Positions 61,201-64,000 of a DNA stretch of 64,000 bases are shown piece after piece. Below the pieces are notes generated by a model. The model was not told the origin of the DNA and searched no databases. It worked only from the letters and a program-made list of their open reading frames with translations. The position numbers and the translations under genes are program-made. Positions within the stretch are counted from its first letter, which is position 1; each line of letters begins with the position of its first letter. Origin of the DNA: Macrostomum lignano. Taxonomy: Eukaryota. Where the stretch lies: positions 826,853 to 890,852 of the forward strand of contig NIVC01000099.1 in assembly GCA_002269645.1 (NCBI GenBank), given 5' to 3'.

Positions 61201-64000
61201 TGCGACGAGAACACGTGCTTTCGAAAAATTCTTACTTATAAATGGAAAGTGAATCCGAAAAATTGTCGCTGCCAACTTCAATTAGTGCATCAGAAGACGT
61301 GCCGATGCTGCGGTAGGTTTAGAACTTTTTCTGTTTGCCACTTATCGTATTCACGTATGCTTTAAAACTCAATATTTGTCCAACTATCCACAGGATGCCC
61401 AAAGCACAAGCTTAGCCGGACTTGCATCAAAGGGAAGATCTGGAAATTTACAGTCGTTATTCACTCTCTGCGGATAAAGAAATGCTCGAAAACTTGTCGC
61501 AGACATGTGACGCATCGCACCGAGCGAGTTCGCTGTCCGCAAAAGAAACGCGTGCACTGGTCTCGCTGCCACCGGTGCCGTAGTAGGAAGATGGTGACGA
61601 AATTCCGCAGCATTGGCTGCCGATGCCGCGCCGATTATACAAAACTGACCACTTTAGGTCCTGCTGCTGTCACGGAGGGACCCGCGTGAAAAAGCTCTGC
61701 CAGCAGTCTACTGGTCTTTGGGTTAGACATATTAGTAAGAAAAAGTTGTCAGGGCACAAGTGCGTGCGGCACACTAAAGTCAAATACCTGCCACGACCAG
61801 GTACAGTTAAGAGTTATTTTATTTGTTAATAAAAGTTTGCAAGTAGATTTATAGTGAAATAATTTTGATTTAAATTTTCAGTTTGTCGTCTGCCTGAAAC
61901 GCCTGTTACATACGGAGTTTGCAACAGGACCACGTGCCAGCAAACAGTAACAAAAGTCGTTAATGTTTTGAACAAGCACACCTGCAGTTGTCACATGGTT
62001 AGCAAGCCAGCAGGAACCAGAACCTGCTGCTGCTTGAATACAACGCCTGAAATAAAGATTAACTGTGTCAACAACAACATGAAGCAACGCGTTACAGTGG
62101 CTCCCGTGTTCGATGAAGCCACACATACGTGCACCACTAAAACCGAAATCGCTACTGAATTGGTGACTTGCGGAGATGGGGAAACTCGCTCTTCAGATCC
62201 GCCGTGCACTGGAGAGACCCGAACAATTGTTAGGACAAGATCTGTTGTTGTTAACTGCGTCTGCGTTAACCAGACTGTTGACACCAGAACAGAGATGTGC
62301 ACTTGCCCATCCCCAACTAAATGGACAGTTCGCTGTGATGTCAACAGCGGAAAGCAAGTGCTTACAAGAACCGTTTATAATTTAGTAAACGGTTCTTGCT
62401 CTGCAGTCACTGAAACAAAGCTCCGTACTGTGTTCTGCAACCAGAAACCACAGGTTGTACCTGTGTGCAACAGAGACAGCTGTATTGAGACCGTGACAAC
62501 AACAGTGACACGACTTGATACGTCTACTTGTACTTGCGTTCCGGACAGAACGATATCTACAAGACAGTGCTGCTGCCCAACTACGACGCAGACACGAAAC
62601 GAATGCATCGACAATCAAATAAATACCATAACTACCAGGCAGACGCTTAATGCGGTAACTCGGACGTGCGAGTCATCCGACACCACCACCAGATCGGGAG
62701 AGGTGCCTTGTAAAAATGAGACCCGAGTTAATGGGCCCTGCGATCGGGCAACTAGGAAACGCAAAATTAAGGTTACTAGGCGAGAAATAATAAACTGCCA
62801 ATGTCAAACCACTGGCGTTTCAGTTGCTCGTGAGCTATGTGGTAAGCGGTGCGAAATTTATCGATATCGTCTGTGATGCACTTCAAAATTGTTTGAATAA
62901 ATTTTGCCACCACTTTACCGTTTCAGCTTGTCCACCAACGCGGAAGAATCAAGGGCAATGCGATCGCAAAACTTGCATGCGCCAAGTGACATTGGTTAAG
63001 TTTAATGCGGTAACATCGAATAATGGCACTCTGCACTGCGTCAAGACTATAAGTCACCGCCAGCAGCGCTGTTGTTGCACTCCATTGGGTCATAAGCGAG
63101 TTCGCGTGCATGTGCAGTGTGACAGAGAAACAGGAAATCTCTTGATAAATAAAGAATGGAGCAAGTTTGTTGCTTCTACAAAACAATGCCGAACTTTGCA
63201 CAAGTCTTGGATCAAAGAAGTTGGTGAGTAGGACTTTTAGAAATACTTTTAGCTATTATATTTCTGCAGTTTTCTTAGTTATTATACGAGCTTTTCTCGG
63301 ACATTCTACTCGACTTTTTGGGAGCCGTAGCCCAGCGGTAGCGCAGCTGCTCTGGTGTGCCAGCGACCCAGGCTCGATTCCAAGTGCAGTCACATTAATT
63401 TGGGGCTGAATTGGAATCTCTGCTTGGCTCTGCTCGTGCAATTAACGGCCTTGAGAGCCAACCCCCCAAGACGCAGTGAAGTGTACATGCCTAACGATAA
63501 TATAAAGTTAGGGCCGCTGTACACTCCTGTGTGAGTGTGTGCCTGCGTACGTATCCGCGCGCTTGTATGCCTGCTCAGGGGAGTCGGCGGAATGGGCAGT
63601 AATGCCTCTCGCCGGTTGTGTGCCTATGTCGCTTAAAGTGCGCCAGGGTGCACAGAACCCCCCCCCCTGCCTCTAATAATAATAAAACCGACTTTTTATT
63701 TCCAGATTGTACCAGAAAGTTTGATGGAGAAGGCCACCTAGAACACCGAGGTCGGTGCAATCATCGAACAGGACGAAGGAAGATAATAGTGAAGTGGTAT
63801 ACGCATGACACACGCAAGTGCCGATGTAAACTTCACGTCCGAAAGCACTACAGAATCTGCTCATGCAAGCACAAGCGTGGTATGAAGCATAAATACTGCG
63901 ACAAGGAAACAAATGAGCTGGTGTCTGTGCGGAAATTCTTTGTTTTCGAAGATGATCAGTGCATTCCTCAGGAATCTCAGAAAAGAAAGCAAATTGTTTG
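49267..64000 (+). CDS. Giant secreted Cys-rich modular protein (SP-vWA-Cys modules-vWD-C8-TIL-2xShKT-long Cys-module chain), mucin/adhesive-like, 3'-partial
   Basis: Exons: 49267-49331, 49435-49950, 50112-50356, 50750-50950, 51807-52001, 52816-52962, 53849-54078, 54752-55024, 55268-55469, 55658-55786, 55869-56333, 56977-57798, 57910-58164, 58371-58780, 58920-59358, 59601-59873, 60060-60485, 60607-60741, 60832-61092, 61166-61312, 61394-61800, 61882-62841, 62927-63223, 63706-64000+. All GT-AG; phases join except for a 1-nt deficit in 61394-61800. About 7.8 kb coding. Confidence 0.88.
49435..50190 (+). other. vWA-like domain (degenerate MIDAS) of the giant protein
   Basis: ADYVIVLN / VGFVAFS / ATGDAMLAA / VFAVNL / ELYRIAS follow the vWA secondary-structure pattern; DxSxS is absent. 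Confidence 0.7.
52060..52706. repeat. Minisatellite, 25-bp unit GAGGGGAGGTCATCCTGACAGTTGG, about 26 copies, intron 5 of the giant gene
   Basis: Exact periodicity. Confidence 0.96.
52995..53800. repeat. Minisatellite, 36-bp unit GAGATTCAGGAAGTGACTCAGTAGCA(TT/GA)GAGTGACC, about 22 copies, intron 6 of the giant gene
   Basis: GAAG at 53041 and 53077. Confidence 0.96.
53849..56333 (+). other. vWD-C8-TIL cassette followed by two ShKT domains
   Basis: vWD: GGQFLTYDGQLIDFPGPCEYLL...GILGNCNGSPGDDF...GNSF. C8: CGHL..PFAHC...CISLYC...CSTLEAAAFRC. TIL: CGHNAEF..CPRTC..GCQCKPGFVLDGSNCVLPNEC. ShKT: CIDRQ..CEAWKAQGYC..MRRYCKLTCDQC and CQDQ..CQTIKSQGRC..MCQLTC. Confidence 0.88.
54210..54520. repeat. C-rich about 30-bp repeat CCCACTTCCCCACCCT(A/G)ATCC..ATTCAG, intron 7 of the giant gene
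   Basis: Periodicity. Confidence 0.85.
63320..63688 (+). mobile_element. 369-bp tRNA-derived SINE with 9-bp TSD
   Basis: A box TAGCCCAGCGG, B box GGCTCGATTCC, (TAA)n tail; CGACTTTTT at 63311-19 and 63689-97. Confidence 0.8.

Overview
Eukaryotic (animal) genomic DNA with GT-AG introns, GC-rich exons and introns packed with minisatellites. The style suggests the free-living flatworm Macrostomum, but that is inference only. I reconstructed six protein-coding genes by hand from splice sites and reading-frame phases: (1) an SLC5/SSF sodium:solute symporter (minus, 8 exons, runs off the left edge); (2) a Cdc42 GTPase (minus, 3 exons); (3) a teashirt/tiptop zinc-finger factor (plus, single coding exon); (4) ABCF3/GCN20 (minus, 5 exons); (5) a GPI-type Ly6/quiver-like protein (plus, 3 exons); (6) a giant secreted cysteine-rich protein (plus, at least 24 exons, about 2,600 aa in the window, runs off the right edge). 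Gene 6 has a signal peptide, a MIDAS-less vWA, vWD-C8-TIL, two ShKT domains and a long chain of unnamed Cys modules arranged as alternating Thr/N-sequon-rich and Arg/Lys/His-rich blocks, with one apparent 1-nt frameshift. Mobile DNA: a full-length mariner with perfect 28-bp TIRs and a late nonsense codon, a 9-bp-TSD MITE, foldback-like elements, two tRNA-derived SINEs and a LINE fragment. Most long ORFs in the supplied track are artefacts of tandem repeats. The most unusual signals are the giant modular secreted protein, intronic minisatellites built from the host exon's own 5' splice site, and minisatellites whose units carry canonical transcription-factor motifs.
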